This document shows positions 18,997-28,471 of a stretch of 32,000 bases of DNA, piece after piece. The DNA comes from Candidatus Electronema halotolerans. Lineage in GTDB: Bacteria > Desulfobacterota > Desulfobulbia > Desulfobulbales > Desulfobulbaceae. Within the stretch, counting starts at the first letter, position 1. Each line of letters opens with the position of its first letter. Below the pieces are notes generated by a model. The model was not told where the DNA came from. It ran no database searches and saw nothing but the letters and a program-made list of their open reading frames with translations. The translations under genes were made by a program, and so were the position numbers. Where the stretch lies: positions 2,130,001-2,162,000 of the forward strand of contig OW818675.1 of assembly GCA_942493095.1 (NCBI GenBank), written 5' to 3'.

Positions 18997-19285
18997 CTGG
19001 GACGATTTCAGCTTTGGCGTGGATGATGCCTTTGTCCGGGCCGAGCGGCAGAAGGCCAGAGAGCTGCGCAAGACGCGCTGGTGGCAGCAGAAAACCGCGT
19101 CCGGCCTCTGCTGGTACTGCCAGCGCAGGGTGCCGATTAAAGAGCTGACTATGGATCATGCCGTGCCCTTGGCCAAAGGCGGTCGCTCCGTCAAAAGCAA
19201 CCTTGTTCCCTGCTGCAAAGACTGCAATAACGCCAAAAAAGCCTGCCTGCCTGCCGAGCTGGAGGAGCTGCAGTCCAGTTCCTGA
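18983..19285 (+). CDS. HNH endonuclease family protein
   Basis: CWYCQRRVPIKELTMDHAVPLAKGGRSVKSNLVPCCKDCNNAKKA is an HNH/zinc-finger motif. Overlaps the folC end. Confidence 0.85.
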   Translation: MTKNDWDDFSFGVDDAFVRAERQKARELRKTRWWQQKTASGLCWYCQRRVPIKELTMDHAVPLAKGGRSVKSNLVPCCKDCNNAKKACLPAELEELQSSS

Positions 19286-19503
19286 CCACGCCTTCCCTCC
19301 TTTGCCGCCGTATTCCAGCACCCTGTTTTTTCAACCAGAATATCTTTTTTTGCCGGAAAAATTCCCGCATCGGGAAAATAATGCTTGTCTTTTGCAAAAA
19401 AGCAAGTATATTTCCAGCTCTAATCGTGACAAAAAATGACACAAGATGATTGACTGGTGACAGTTACTGATGTATAATGAATATATAAGGAGGAGAGCAA
19501 GTT

Positions 19504-19869
19504 ATGAGCTTTCTTGAAGGACTGCTTTGGCTGACGCTCAATGTTTATCATGAGGCGCGCAGCGAACCACAGATCGGCCAGCTTGCTGTTGCTCATGTCA
19601 CCCTGAACCGGGCCAGCCAGAGCAAGCAAACAGTTGAGGAGGTGGTCACAGCGCCGCGTCAGTTTAGCTGGACCTTTCTCCAGAAATCCTACATGCCCAC
19701 GGAAACAGATGCCTTTTTTGAATGTCTCCAGACCTCGATGAAGGCCTTGACCACTTCCGACTTCACCAGGGGCGCGACCTTCTATCACCGCAAAGACGTG
19801 CATCCCAAATGGGCGGCCCATAAAAAATATGTGGCCAAATACGGCGCCCATCTCTTCTACCGCAACTGA
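19504..19869 (+). CDS. SleB-like cell wall hydrolase
   Basis: LTLNVYHEARSEPQIGQLAVAHVTLNRA and GATFYHRKDVHPKW. A strong upstream RBS, AAGGAGGAGA. Confidence 0.8.
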   Translation: MSFLEGLLWLTLNVYHEARSEPQIGQLAVAHVTLNRASQSKQTVEEVVTAPRQFSWTFLQKSYMPTETDAFFECLQTSMKALTTSDFTRGATFYHRKDVHPKWAAHKKYVAKYGAHLFYRN

Positions 19870-20050
19870 ATTCTCCAAGCAGCAGAGCTGTTCCAAATCG
19901 CCGGAGCAGCTCTGAAGTCATTTTCCCCGCCTGAAAAAAACAGCCTTTTCTGCAATTTCCGGCTGGAACTAATCCGCAAAACAGGTATAGTAGTGAATAA
20001 AAAAACATTCACTGCACCGCAGTTCCGCCGGTCTGAGAGAGAATGGCAGC

Positions 20051-20464
20051 ATGAAGGCATCCGCAAAACATTTTTTTGCCCGGCAGGTGATTGCTTACGA
20101 AATCGCCGCCTTTGCCGCTGTCACAATCCTGCTCTGGCTTGATGAGCTTGCAGACCTTCCCAGCCATCTGCTCGGAGCCGAAGCAACGCCGGTCAACTGG
20201 CGCGAGTCCTTGTTTGAAAGTCTGATCATTGCCATGCTCTGCGTTGCCGTGATCCGTCTGACGCACAACCTGTTTCAGCGCATGAAATATCTTGAAGGAC
20301 TTCTGCCGGTCTGTGCTGCCTGCCACCGAATCAGGGGCGAGCATGGCGACTGGCAGCCCTTGGAATCCTACATTCTGGAGCAGAGCGATGCCCAGTTCAC
20401 CCACGGCATCTGCCCTGACTGCGCCGAAGAGCTGTATCCTGAATACAATCCCTACAAAAAATGA
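20051..20464 (+). CDS. Membrane-anchored protein with C-terminal paired CxxC motifs
   Basis: Two hydrophobic segments, then LEGLLPVCAACHRIRGEHGDWQPLESYI and THGICPDCAEELYP. Confidence 0.65.
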   Translation: MKASAKHFFARQVIAYEIAAFAAVTILLWLDELADLPSHLLGAEATPVNWRESLFESLIIAMLCVAVIRLTHNLFQRMKYLEGLLPVCAACHRIRGEHGDWQPLESYILEQSDAQFTHGICPDCAEELYPEYNPYKK

Positions 20465-20488
20465 CCGGCTGGCCGCTGCCAGCGGCGG

Positions 20489-21262
20489 ATGGACGCTTTG
20501 CCAAGCATGGACAGAACAGCAGGCAGAAATGACAGCAGAACGGCCTTTGATCTGAAAGGCGCGGCCTTCACCATCCTCGTCCTGTCGCTGCGGAGCGCGG
20601 ACATGGAGGAGGTTGCGGCCCTGCTCAAGGAAAAAGTCAGGCAGGCTCCTGATTTTTTTCATAATGCGCCGGTGGTGATCAGTCTGGGGCAGGTTGAGGA
20701 GGAGACGATTGACTTGGCCACGCTGATCAATCTGCTGCGGAATCAGGGCTTCATTCCGGTCGGCATCACTTGCGTCACTGACGAGCAGAAAGCCCAAGCT
20801 GCCGCAATGGAGCTGGCCGTGCTGACAGCGCGGGGTGCTGCCCGGCCAGTGCCGGAGGAAGCAGCGGTTGCAGAGCCTGAACCGGAGGACTCCTCTGCTG
20901 CGGTCATTCTCCCGTTGGAACAGCCACCTGCTGCGCAAGAGCAGCATGTTTTTGTTGATCCAGTCCGTTCCGGGCAAAGCGTGATCATAGCTCATGGTGA
21001 TTTGACCGTGCTGGCTTCAGTCGGGTCAGGGGCGGAGATTGCCGCGCCTGGCAGCATTCATGTCTATGGCACCCTGCGGGGCCGGGCATTCGCTGGCTGT
21101 GACGGCGATGCAACCGCACGCATTTTTTGCCAGAAGTTGGAAGCGGAACTGGTGGCGATTGCGGGCGTGCATCTGGTCAGTGAAGATTTTCCCAATCATC
21201 TCCGCTCCAAACCTGCGCAGATTCGGCTGCATGGCGGCAGACTGCATGTTACGGGGCTGTAG
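20489..21262 (+). CDS. minC: Septum site-determining protein MinC
   Basis: N-terminal AFDLKGAAFTILVL and C-terminal beta-helix GDLTVLASVGSGAEIAAPGSIHVYGTLRGRAFAGCDGDATARIFCQKLEAELVAIAG. Confidence 0.88.
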   Translation: MDALPSMDRTAGRNDSRTAFDLKGAAFTILVLSLRSADMEEVAALLKEKVRQAPDFFHNAPVVISLGQVEEETIDLATLINLLRNQGFIPVGITCVTDEQKAQAAAMELAVLTARGAARPVPEEAAVAEPEPEDSSAAVILPLEQPPAAQEQHVFVDPVRSGQSVIIAHGDLTVLASVGSGAEIAAPGSIHVYGTLRGRAFAGCDGDATARIFCQKLEAELVAIAGVHLVSEDFPNHLRSKPAQIRLHGGRLHVTGL

Positions 21263-21383
21263 AGCAGAATGCTGGGCCTTGCTTTTGACCCTCTTTTCAG
21301 ACTTCTTTCCAACATGCTGTCATTTTAGCACGTTGCGACCATCCCTTTTGAAAAGGGCATTTTTAAAAAAGAACAGCAACCAC

Positions 21384-21413
21384 TTGAAACAATGCGCTGT
21401 TCTGTGTTATAAA
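21384..21413 (+). promoter_or_regulatory. Candidate sigma70 promoter for thrC
   Basis: TTGAAA at 21384-21389 and TATAAA at 21408-21413 with an 18-nt spacer, upstream of the thrC start at 21452. Confidence 0.5.
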
Positions 21414-21451
21414 GCATAGTTCACTGCCGCACAGGCAGCTTACTGAAAAAA

Positions 21452-22858
21452 ATGAAATACATCAGCACACGAGGCGGTATTGCGCCCGTTCCGTTTGACG
21501 AAGCCGTGATGATGGGCCTTGCCCGTGATGGCGGCCTGCTTTTGCCTGAGCACCTGCCCACAGTTGCACCAATATTGCTCAACGCTTGGCAGAATCTTTC
21601 ATATCAGCATCTTGCATTAGAAGTTCTGTCGCTGTTCACCGGTGAGATGCCCCGCGCCGATATGGAAGACATGATCGAGCGGGCTTACAGCACATTTCGT
21701 CATCATCATGTCACGCCGCTGCGAAAAGTCGGCGGGCTGCACATTCTGGAGCTGTTTCACGGCCCGACGCTGGCCTTCAAAGACGTGGCCTTGCAACTGC
21801 TCGGCAATCTTTTTGAATATGAGCTGAACAAAAGCGGCGGCTTCATGAACATCATCGGCGCGACCTCTGGCGACACAGGCAGCGCGGCGATTTACGGTGT
21901 GCGAGGACGGAAGGGGATCAACATCTTCATTCTTCATCCGCATGGCCGGACCAGTCCGATTCAAGCGTTGCAGATGACCACGGTCACGGATGCGAATGTC
22001 TTCAACATTGCTGTGCGCGGCACCTTTGACGATGCCCAGGCCATTGTCAAAACGCTGTTCAATGATCTGGAATTCCGTGACAAACACCAGCTTGGGGCAA
22101 TAAACTCCATCAATTGGGCGAGGGTGCTGGCCCAGGTTGTCTATTACGTTTTCGCCTGTCTCAAGCTGCGCAAGCAAGGCTCTGAGTCTGTGGATTTCTC
22201 GGTGCCGACCGGCAATTTCGGCGACATCTTTGCCGGGTATATTGCAAAGCGGCTTTTGCCCGCAGGCTGCATCAACCGCCTAATTCTTGCCACGAACTCG
22301 AATGACATTCTGACCCGTTTTGTCAATCAGGGCGATTACTCGATTGCCGGGGATGTGGTGCCGACCTTCAGCCCGTCAATGGACATTCAGATTGCCTCGA
22401 ATTTTGAACGCTATCTCTATTATTTGCATCAGGAGGACGGCGGCAGGGTCAAGGCGGCGATGGAGCAGTTTGCCGCCACTGGCCGGATGGATTTGTCGCC
22501 GTTCCAAGAGCAGGTGGGCCGCGACTTTGCCTCCCGTTCCGTCTCGGAAGAGGACACCATCGCCACTATCCGCTCGATCTATCAAGAGCATGACTATCTG
22601 CTCGATCCGCACACAGCCGTGGGCGTGCGGGCCGCGCTGGAGCTGAAGCAGGAGCGGCCTATGGTCTGTCTGGCCACCGCGCATCCGGCCAAATTCGGCG
22701 ACGCAGTGCAAAGCGCCATTGGCCAAGAACCTGACCTGCCGCCTGCGCTGGCCCGGCTGGCAGGCATGGAAAGCCGCTGCGAGGTCATGGATGCGGATGC
22801 GGAACTGATTCGCAGATATCTGCAAGACAATGCTCTGCGTCCGAACGCATGCTCTTAA
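21452..22858 (+). CDS. thrC: Threonine synthase
   Basis: MKYISTRGG, FHGPTLAFKDVALQLLGNL, GATSGDTGSAAIYG, VPTGNFGDIFAGYIAKR. Confidence 0.95.
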   Translation: MKYISTRGGIAPVPFDEAVMMGLARDGGLLLPEHLPTVAPILLNAWQNLSYQHLALEVLSLFTGEMPRADMEDMIERAYSTFRHHHVTPLRKVGGLHILELFHGPTLAFKDVALQLLGNLFEYELNKSGGFMNIIGATSGDTGSAAIYGVRGRKGINIFILHPHGRTSPIQALQMTTVTDANVFNIAVRGTFDDAQAIVKTLFNDLEFRDKHQLGAINSINWARVLAQVVYYVFACLKLRKQGSESVDFSVPTGNFGDIFAGYIAKRLLPAGCINRLILATNSNDILTRFVNQGDYSIAGDVVPTFSPSMDIQIASNFERYLYYLHQEDGGRVKAAMEQFAATGRMDLSPFQEQVGRDFASRSVSEEDTIATIRSIYQEHDYLLDPHTAVGVRAALELKQERPMVCLATAHPAKFGDAVQSAIGQEPDLPPALARLAGMESRCEVMDADAELIRRYLQDNALRPNACS

Positions 22859-22897
22859 TTGGTTGGTCATAGTTCCTCCCAGAAATGTCCTGCCGTA

Positions 22898-22921
22898 GGG
22901 GTCGTCCCCGGTGGCGACCCC
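22898..22921. repeat. Short hairpin repeat
   Basis: GGGGTCG-N10-CGACCCC, preceded by GTA as in the 8067 element. Confidence 0.4.
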
Positions 22922-23124
22922 GTGTTTCCCGTCATTTCGGTGAATTGCAACAGGTCAAACATAGGGGCCTGACCTTACAAAATTAAGACTGACTGTTGCC
23001 ACCGGCTCGACGAGACCACTTCAACGACCAGCCGGGGCAGCACAGCGCACTTGATGATAAGGTGTCTGCCTGAGCATGCAACGCCTGGCAGATTTCCGCC
23101 CGTCCCTTGTTCCCTGCGCCCACC

Positions 23125-23173
23125 AAAATGAGCTGCCCGCCTCATTGTCCGGGCAGCCCTTCCTGAGTACAAT
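23125..23173 (+). promoter_or_regulatory. Conserved promoter/operator element 1, upstream of the ABC permease and ATPase
   Basis: AAAATGAGCTGCCCGCCTCATTGTCCGGGCAGC. Dyad AATGAG-N8-CTCATT; -35 TTGTCC (23145-23150), 17-nt spacer, -10 TACAAT (23168-23173). Confidence 0.7.
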
Positions 23174-23214
23174 GCTCCCTCAAAATCCTGTCCGAATCCG
23201 AATCATGATTGCTC

Positions 23215-24057
23215 ATGACCGCCATTGCCTTTGCCCAGAGCCGCCCGCCCAATGCCATGCTGCTGGCAGGCAGCATCCTCTGCGTGCTGCTCCTGCTTGT
23301 CTGCCTGCTGGGCGCACGGCTGGCCCCATACGACCCGCTCGCCCTTGACCTGAGCCAGCAGCTAGCTCCGCCCTCTGCCACCCACCTCTGCGGCACCGAT
23401 CAGCTGGGCCGCTGCGTCCTGTCGCGGCTGCTCTGCGGAGCGCGGAACTCCTTAGCCTCTGCACTGGCCGCCGTGGGACTCAGCCTGAGCATCGGCCTGC
23501 CGCTCGGCTTTCTCGCCGGACTGAGCACCCGGCGCATCGACCGCCTGCTCATGGCCATCTGCGATGTGGTGCTGGCCTTCCCTTTCCTCATCCTCGCCTT
23601 GGCCCTGACCGCAGCTCTTGGCCCGTCCCTGCGCAGCCTGATCCTTGGCGCAGGACTGGCGGGCTGGGCGTGGCAGACCAAGTTCATCCGGGGCATGGCC
23701 CTTGATGCCAAGGACAAGGACTTTGTCCGCCAAGCCAAGGCAATGGGCCTGACCCGCCCTGCCCTGCTGCGCCGCTGCATCCTGCCCCAGCTCCTGCCGC
23801 CGCTCTTGGTCAGCACCTCCCTCAGCGCGGGCCGGATGATCGTGGTCATCTCCAGCCTCAGCTATCTGGGTCTGGGCATTCAGCCGCCCCAGCCGGAATG
23901 GGGCGTGATGCTGCGCGAGTCCATGCTGCATATTGCCGCTGCGCCGTGGCTGGCGATTGCTCCGGGCGCGGCAGCCAGCCTGTCAGTGCTGGCCTTCACC
24001 CTGCTCGGCGAGGGCTTGAAAGACTGGTTCCAGATACGGCCTGTTCATGCTGCTTGA
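23215..24057 (+). CDS. ABC transporter permease, DppC/OppC/NikC family
   Basis: LAPYDPLALDLSQQLAPPSATHLCGTDQLGRCVLSRLLCGARNSLASALAAVGLSLSIG and SYLGLGIQPPQPEWGVMLRES. Confidence 0.9.
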   Translation: MTAIAFAQSRPPNAMLLAGSILCVLLLLVCLLGARLAPYDPLALDLSQQLAPPSATHLCGTDQLGRCVLSRLLCGARNSLASALAAVGLSLSIGLPLGFLAGLSTRRIDRLLMAICDVVLAFPFLILALALTAALGPSLRSLILGAGLAGWAWQTKFIRGMALDAKDKDFVRQAKAMGLTRPALLRRCILPQLLPPLLVSTSLSAGRMIVVISSLSYLGLGIQPPQPEWGVMLRESMLHIAAAPWLAIAPGAAASLSVLAFTLLGEGLKDWFQIRPVHAA

Positions 24058-24829
24058 AGTGGACAGGCTTTGCATCGGCTTGGGCAACGGGGCAAGGCGG
24101 ATTGTCGATGAGGTCAGCTTCAGGCTGGAGCGCGGCTCCTGCTTCGGCCTGCTGGGCGAGAGCGGCACTGGCAAGACCCTGCTCGCCTATGCCCTCTGCG
24201 GCCTGCTCAGTCCGCCGATGCAGGTGCTGGACGGCACAGTCCGCTTTGCTGGCGAGACGCTCCTGCCCGGCCCGCAGAGGAAGCTGGCCTGTCTGCGGGG
24301 CCGCCACATCTTCATGATGTTCCAGAGCGCGGCGGCGGCCCTCAATCCCTACCTGACCATTGGCAAACAGATTGCCGAAGCCTTGCAGACCACCCGGCGG
24401 CTCTCAGGCAGGGCGGCCTTGCGCGAGGCAGGCGCGCTGCTGGAGCGGGTCGGCCTGCGCAGCGAGCTGGTCAGTGCCCATCCCTTCCAACTGAGCGGCG
24501 GCATGCAGCAGCGGGTTCTGATCGCCATTGCCCTTGGCCTGCATCCGCAAGTCCTGATTGCCGACGAGCCAACCACCGGCCTGGACGCGCTCTCCTCCCT
24601 GCGCATTCTGGAGCTGCTCCAAAGCCTGAAGGAGGAGGGCATGGCCATCCTCTTCATTTCCCATGACCTGAAGGCCATTGCCCTGCTTGCTGACCAAGCT
24701 GGCGTGATGCGGCAAGGGCGGCTGGTCGAAACCGGCCCGCCTGCCCAGCTCCTGACTGCGCCCAAGCATCCCTGCACCCGTGAGCTGATGGAGGCGGTTC
24801 AGCGGCTGGAGGCCTGGCCGCCCGCATAG
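24047..24829 (+). CDS. ABC transporter ATP-binding protein, DppD/OppD/NikD family
   Basis: Walker A GESGTGKT, Q-loop, signature LSGGMQQR, Walker B VLIADEPTTGLD. Confidence 0.92.
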   Translation: MLLEVDRLCIGLGNGARRIVDEVSFRLERGSCFGLLGESGTGKTLLAYALCGLLSPPMQVLDGTVRFAGETLLPGPQRKLACLRGRHIFMMFQSAAAALNPYLTIGKQIAEALQTTRRLSGRAALREAGALLERVGLRSELVSAHPFQLSGGMQQRVLIAIALGLHPQVLIADEPTTGLDALSSLRILELLQSLKEEGMAILFISHDLKAIALLADQAGVMRQGRLVETGPPAQLLTAPKHPCTRELMEAVQRLEAWPPA

Positions 24830-24847
24830 CCGGGCAGTATGCCCAGT

Positions 24848-24896
24848 AAAATGAGGCGGCTGCCTCATTGTCCGGGCGGCAGGAATATGGTTTATT
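24848..24896 (+). promoter_or_regulatory. Conserved promoter/operator element 2, upstream of the second permease and TonB receptor
   Basis: AAAATGAGGCGGCTGCCTCATTGTCCGGGCGGC. Dyad AATGAG-N8-CTCATT; -35 TTGTCC (24868-24873), 17-nt spacer, -10 TTTATT (24891-24896). Confidence 0.7.
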
Positions 24897-25046
24897 CTGG
24901 CAGTGTTCACTGCTGCTTTTTCCTTCTCTCCTTTGTTCAGCCCAGAACCATCGGGAAAGGCAGCAGCTCCGGGGCTGTTGCAGCCTCGGAGGGTTTCTCT
25001 TTGCAAGGGGGCAATCAAGCAGCCAAGACGCTGAACGCTGACCAAC

Positions 25047-26006
25047 ATGACAACAAGGCATGCCGCCATTCTCTTTCTCAAGCGTCTGGCCCGGATGGGC
25101 GGCATCCTGATCGGGGTGTCGCTGCTGACCTTTGTCCTGCTGGAGCTGGTGCCCGGCGATGCCGCAGACCTCCTCCTGAGCAGCCAGATGCAGACCGCCT
25201 CGCCTGCGCAGGCCGCCGCCCTTCGGCAGGAGCTGGCTCTGGACGCGCCCCTGCCGCTGCGCTATCTGCGCTGGCTGGGCCGGGCAGCGGTGCTGGACTT
25301 CGGCACCTCCATCCGCAGCGGCGAGCCGGTCAGCCGGGAAATACTCCGCTGCCTGCCTGTGACCATGACCCTTGCCCTGCTCACCTTCAGCTTTGCCGTG
25401 ACTGTCTCCGTGCTGGGCGGCATCATTGCGGCCCTGTTCGAGAAGCGTCTGCCGGACAGAGGCCACCGCCTGTTCGCCATTCTTGCCGTCTCCATTCCTG
25501 ACTACTGGCTGGGCCTGATGCTGCTCCTGCTCTTTGCCCTCAAGCTGGGCTGGCTGCCCGTGCTCGGCGGCAGCGGCCCTGAAGCCTTCATCCTGCCAGT
25601 GCTGGCCCTGGGCCTGTCTGCCGCTGCCGCCGAGGGCCGGGTCTTCCGGGCCAGCATCATTGCGACCTTGCAGCAGGACTGGGTGCTCTTTGCCCGCGCC
25701 AAGGGACTGCACCCGGCCAAAGTATGGCTGCGGCACGTGCTCCGCCCTGCCGCCCTGCCCATGCTCTCGGTCTGGGGCATGCAGCTAGGCCATCTGCTCG
25801 GCGGGGCCGTGGTGATTGAATCGGTCTTCTCCTTGCCCGGCTTAGGCAAGCTGGCAGCGGATGCGGTGCTCCAGCGCGACCTGCCCATGATTCAAGGCGC
25901 GGTGCTGGCCATGACCTGCTTCTTTATCCTTGCAAGCGGGGCGATGGAGAGCATCCATGCCCTGCTTGCCCCCAAGAATCGGCTGGCAATGGCTGACATG
26001 CCCTGA
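25047..26006 (+). CDS. ABC transporter permease, DppB/OppB/NikB family
   Basis: SLLTFVLLELVPGDAADLLL, ALRQELALDAPLPLRYLRWLGRA and SIPDYWLGLMLLLLFALKLGWLPV. Confidence 0.88.
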   Translation: MTTRHAAILFLKRLARMGGILIGVSLLTFVLLELVPGDAADLLLSSQMQTASPAQAAALRQELALDAPLPLRYLRWLGRAAVLDFGTSIRSGEPVSREILRCLPVTMTLALLTFSFAVTVSVLGGIIAALFEKRLPDRGHRLFAILAVSIPDYWLGLMLLLLFALKLGWLPVLGGSGPEAFILPVLALGLSAAAAEGRVFRASIIATLQQDWVLFARAKGLHPAKVWLRHVLRPAALPMLSVWGMQLGHLLGGAVVIESVFSLPGLGKLAADAVLQRDLPMIQGAVLAMTCFFILASGAMESIHALLAPKNRLAMADMP

Positions 26007-26030
26007 CCAGCACAACTCATTGCAAAAAGA

Positions 26031-28046
26031 ATGATGAGGAACACAATCAAGCTGTCAGTGACAGCGGCGGCAGTGCTGCTGGCCGGGCCAGGCATGGCTC
26101 AGGATCAGCAGGAAACAGTGCGCACGCTCGATGAGGTGGTGGTCACGGCGACCAAGACTGAGCGGGAGCTGAAAGAGATTCCCACCAATATGGCCGTGGT
26201 CACGGCAGAGGAGGTTGAGCGGATTCAGCCGACCGACGCGATGGACCTGCTCCGCCATGTGCCGGGTCTGGTGCTGGACGGCATGGGCGGCAGCAAAGCC
26301 TCGTTCTATGCGGGCGCGCGCGGCATTCAGCCCTCCTCACGCGGCATGCTGATCATGATGGACGGGATTGAAATGAATGATCCCAGCAACTACATCTCAG
26401 CGGACAGCCTGCCTTTGGACTCCATCGAGCGGATTGAGGTGATCAAGACCCCGGCCTCAGTGCTCTACGGCCCGGCAGCGGTCGGTGGGGTGATCAACAT
26501 TATCACCAAGAAGCCGGTCAACCCGCTGGAAGGCAGTGCCAGCGTCGGCTATGGCTCCTTTGACCGCAAAGAGGCGACAGCGACAGTCAGCGGCCTGCTG
26601 GAGAATGGCTTCACTTACGGCCTCAACTACCGGGGCTTGGACACGGACGGCTATCGGGACAACAACTGGCGGCAGCAGAATGCCTTCACCCCGCGCCTCG
26701 GCTATCTCTCCGACGCAGTCGAGTTTGATGTCTTTGCCAATATTGTTGACGGCGAATACGCCTTCCCCGGCGGCCTGCCCTTGGCCACCTACAAGGATGA
26801 CCCGACCAAGTCGCTCCAGCCGGACCGCGAAGGCAATTCCACCACTGCCAACATCGGCTCGACTCTGAACTGGACCTTGGATGCGAGCAACATCCTCAAG
26901 TTCAAGACCTCCTACCGCAACAACGACTGGGAGACTGAGGACTACGGCTTCTTCTTCAAGGGCGATGACTACAATGTCTGGACAGGCGAGGCCGCCTATC
27001 AGAACCTGTCCGTGATCAACGGGATGAAGAACTCGCTCCTGCTTGGCACCGAATACCGGAGCCTGAACAACTCGCCTTCCATGTACATGGACGACCAGCA
27101 CGGCTCCATGCTCCTGAGTCAGGCCGAGATTGAGGAGCAGATCGCTGGTTTCTTTATTCAGGATGAGCTGTCGCCGGTCAGCAACCTGATGCTCAACCTT
27201 GGCGTGCGCTATGATCAGATTGACACGGACTTCAGCAACAAGCTCAAGCAGGAGGCCAGCTTTGACAACTCGCACGACAAATGGAGTCCGCGTCTCGGCC
27301 TGACCTACACAGTCGCGCCGGAGCTGTCCTTGTTCGCCAACTACTCGCAGGGCATCCGCTCGGTCAATCTGGCCCGGCCCGCCTTCCAGCTCAAGGGCAA
27401 CGTAAACCCGGAGACTGAGGAGAGCATTGAGGGCGGCATCCGGGGTCTGCTCGGCGGGGTGCTGGAATACAACGCGGCCTTGTTCCAAGTCACGACTGAG
27501 GACAAGATCATCCAGAAAGACCGCTATCTCTATGAGAACGCGGGCGAAGCCGAGTCCAAAGGCTTTGAGCTGGCTCTGAGCCGCGACCTGCCCGGCGGCT
27601 GTTATGCCTCGGCAGACTACACGTACATCAATGCTGAGTTCACCGACTACACCACTTCATCCACCACGCCGGAAGAGGCGGTCTCCTACAACGGCAAGCG
27701 CGTGCCCTTGGTGCCGGAGAACATCTTCGGCCTGACCTTGGGCTGGAAGAATCCGGTCTATGGCCACCTGAGCGGTTCGCTTCGTTACGTTGACGAGAAG
27801 TACATTGACAACGCCAACACCCTGAGCTTGGATGACTATGTGGTCGTGGATGCCAAGTATGTTGTCGGTCTGGGCGCGCTCCTGCCCGGCGCGGAGCCGT
27901 GGCAGTTCAGTCTGGCAGTCAACAACCTCTTTGATGAGACCTATGCTGAGTACGGCGAGGCGGACGGCGGCCTGTACGTGCCGGGGCCGGTCGCTTTCCC
28001 GGCAGATGGCGTGTCGGTGTTCGGCAGCATCAGCTATAAGTTCTGA
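26031..28046 (+). CDS. TonB-dependent outer-membrane receptor
   Basis: Signal peptide, TonB-box-like TLDEVVVTATKTE, plug RHVPGLVLDGMGG...RGMLIMMDGIEMND...IERIEVIKTPASVLYGPAAVGGVINIITKKP, and a C-terminal barrel strand ending in YKF. Confidence 0.95.
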   Translation: MMRNTIKLSVTAAAVLLAGPGMAQDQQETVRTLDEVVVTATKTERELKEIPTNMAVVTAEEVERIQPTDAMDLLRHVPGLVLDGMGGSKASFYAGARGIQPSSRGMLIMMDGIEMNDPSNYISADSLPLDSIERIEVIKTPASVLYGPAAVGGVINIITKKPVNPLEGSASVGYGSFDRKEATATVSGLLENGFTYGLNYRGLDTDGYRDNNWRQQNAFTPRLGYLSDAVEFDVFANIVDGEYAFPGGLPLATYKDDPTKSLQPDREGNSTTANIGSTLNWTLDASNILKFKTSYRNNDWETEDYGFFFKGDDYNVWTGEAAYQNLSVINGMKNSLLLGTEYRSLNNSPSMYMDDQHGSMLLSQAEIEEQIAGFFIQDELSPVSNLMLNLGVRYDQIDTDFSNKLKQEASFDNSHDKWSPRLGLTYTVAPELSLFANYSQGIRSVNLARPAFQLKGNVNPETEESIEGGIRGLLGGVLEYNAALFQVTTEDKIIQKDRYLYENAGEAESKGFELALSRDLPGGCYASADYTYINAEFTDYTTSSTTPEEAVSYNGKRVPLVPENIFGLTLGWKNPVYGHLSGSLRYVDEKYIDNANTLSLDDYVVVDAKYVVGLGALLPGAEPWQFSLAVNNLFDETYAEYGEADGGLYVPGPVAFPADGVSVFGSISYKF

Positions 28047-28081
28047 GGCGGGGGCAGTGACAGGAACCTGTCGCTCTCAGA
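28042..28081 (+). terminator. Candidate hairpin after the TonB receptor gene
   Basis: AGTGACAGG-AA-CCTGTCGCT nested within TCTGAG...CTCAGA. There is no clear U-tract. Confidence 0.4.
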
Positions 28082-28096
28082 GATAGGAGGCATGAA

Positions 28097-28126
28097 CGGT
28101 TCGTACATGCAGACATGTACGAACCG
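28097..28126. repeat. Perfect inverted repeat
   Basis: CGGTTCGTACATG-CAGA-CATGTACGAACCG, 13-bp perfect stem with a 4-nt loop. Confidence 0.9.
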
Positions 28127-28149
28127 CGCAAGGAGAGATGAACGGGCCG

Positions 28150-28189
28150 CACATGTCTCCTTGTGCTGCCCAGTACATGGAGACATGTG
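28150..28189. repeat. Inverted repeat
   Basis: CACATGTCTCC-N18-GGAGACATGTG, 11-bp perfect arms. Confidence 0.85.
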
Positions 28190-28224
28190 CTGGCAGGCTT
28201 TGTTTGGCACGAACAACCCTCTGC

Positions 28225-28248
28225 AGGGGCGAAAAATTTTTCGTCCCT
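28225..28248. repeat. Near-perfect palindrome
   Basis: AGGGGCGAAAAATTTTTCGTCCCT. Confidence 0.8.
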
Positions 28249-28286
28249 ACGCCTGCCGCGCTGCTTGCACTCCAGTGTGACGAACG

Positions 28287-28304
28287 GTTGCACCAGAGTG
28301 CAAC
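28287..28304. repeat. Perfect inverted repeat
   Basis: GTTGCAC-CAGA-GTGCAAC, with the same CAGA loop as the 28097 hairpin. Confidence 0.85.
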
Positions 28305-28402
28305 GGAAACTTCCACTCTCGTGCAACGCATCATAGTACTCTCGTGCGACGGTGGATACTTCGAGAGTGCAACGGCAGATACTTCTCTCGTGCAAGTTGC
28401 GG

Positions 28403-28418
28403 TTCCACTCCAGTGGAA
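28403..28418. repeat. Perfect inverted repeat
   Basis: TTCCACT-CC-AGTGGAA. Confidence 0.8.
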
Positions 28419-28471
28419 GCAGCGGGCGCACTATCCACGCCATCCTGTCCTTTCGGTCGCAGGGAGAAATC

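Noticed and set aside
23125-23173. Considered as a riboswitch or aptamer because of alternative stems (AATGAG/CTCATT and CTGCCCG/CGGGCAG)
   Set aside because: The second stem is not preserved in the other two copies. The constant 17-nt spacing to -10-like hexamers fits a promoter/operator better, although an RNA role is not excluded.
24654-25736. 360-aa minus-strand ORF overlapping ABC genes
   Set aside because: Low-complexity Gln/Gly/Ala/His composition, antisense to two well-supported ABC transporter genes.
26457-27488. 343-aa minus-strand ORF
   Set aside because: Antisense to the TonB receptor. Simple Val/Glu/Gly-rich shadow ORF.
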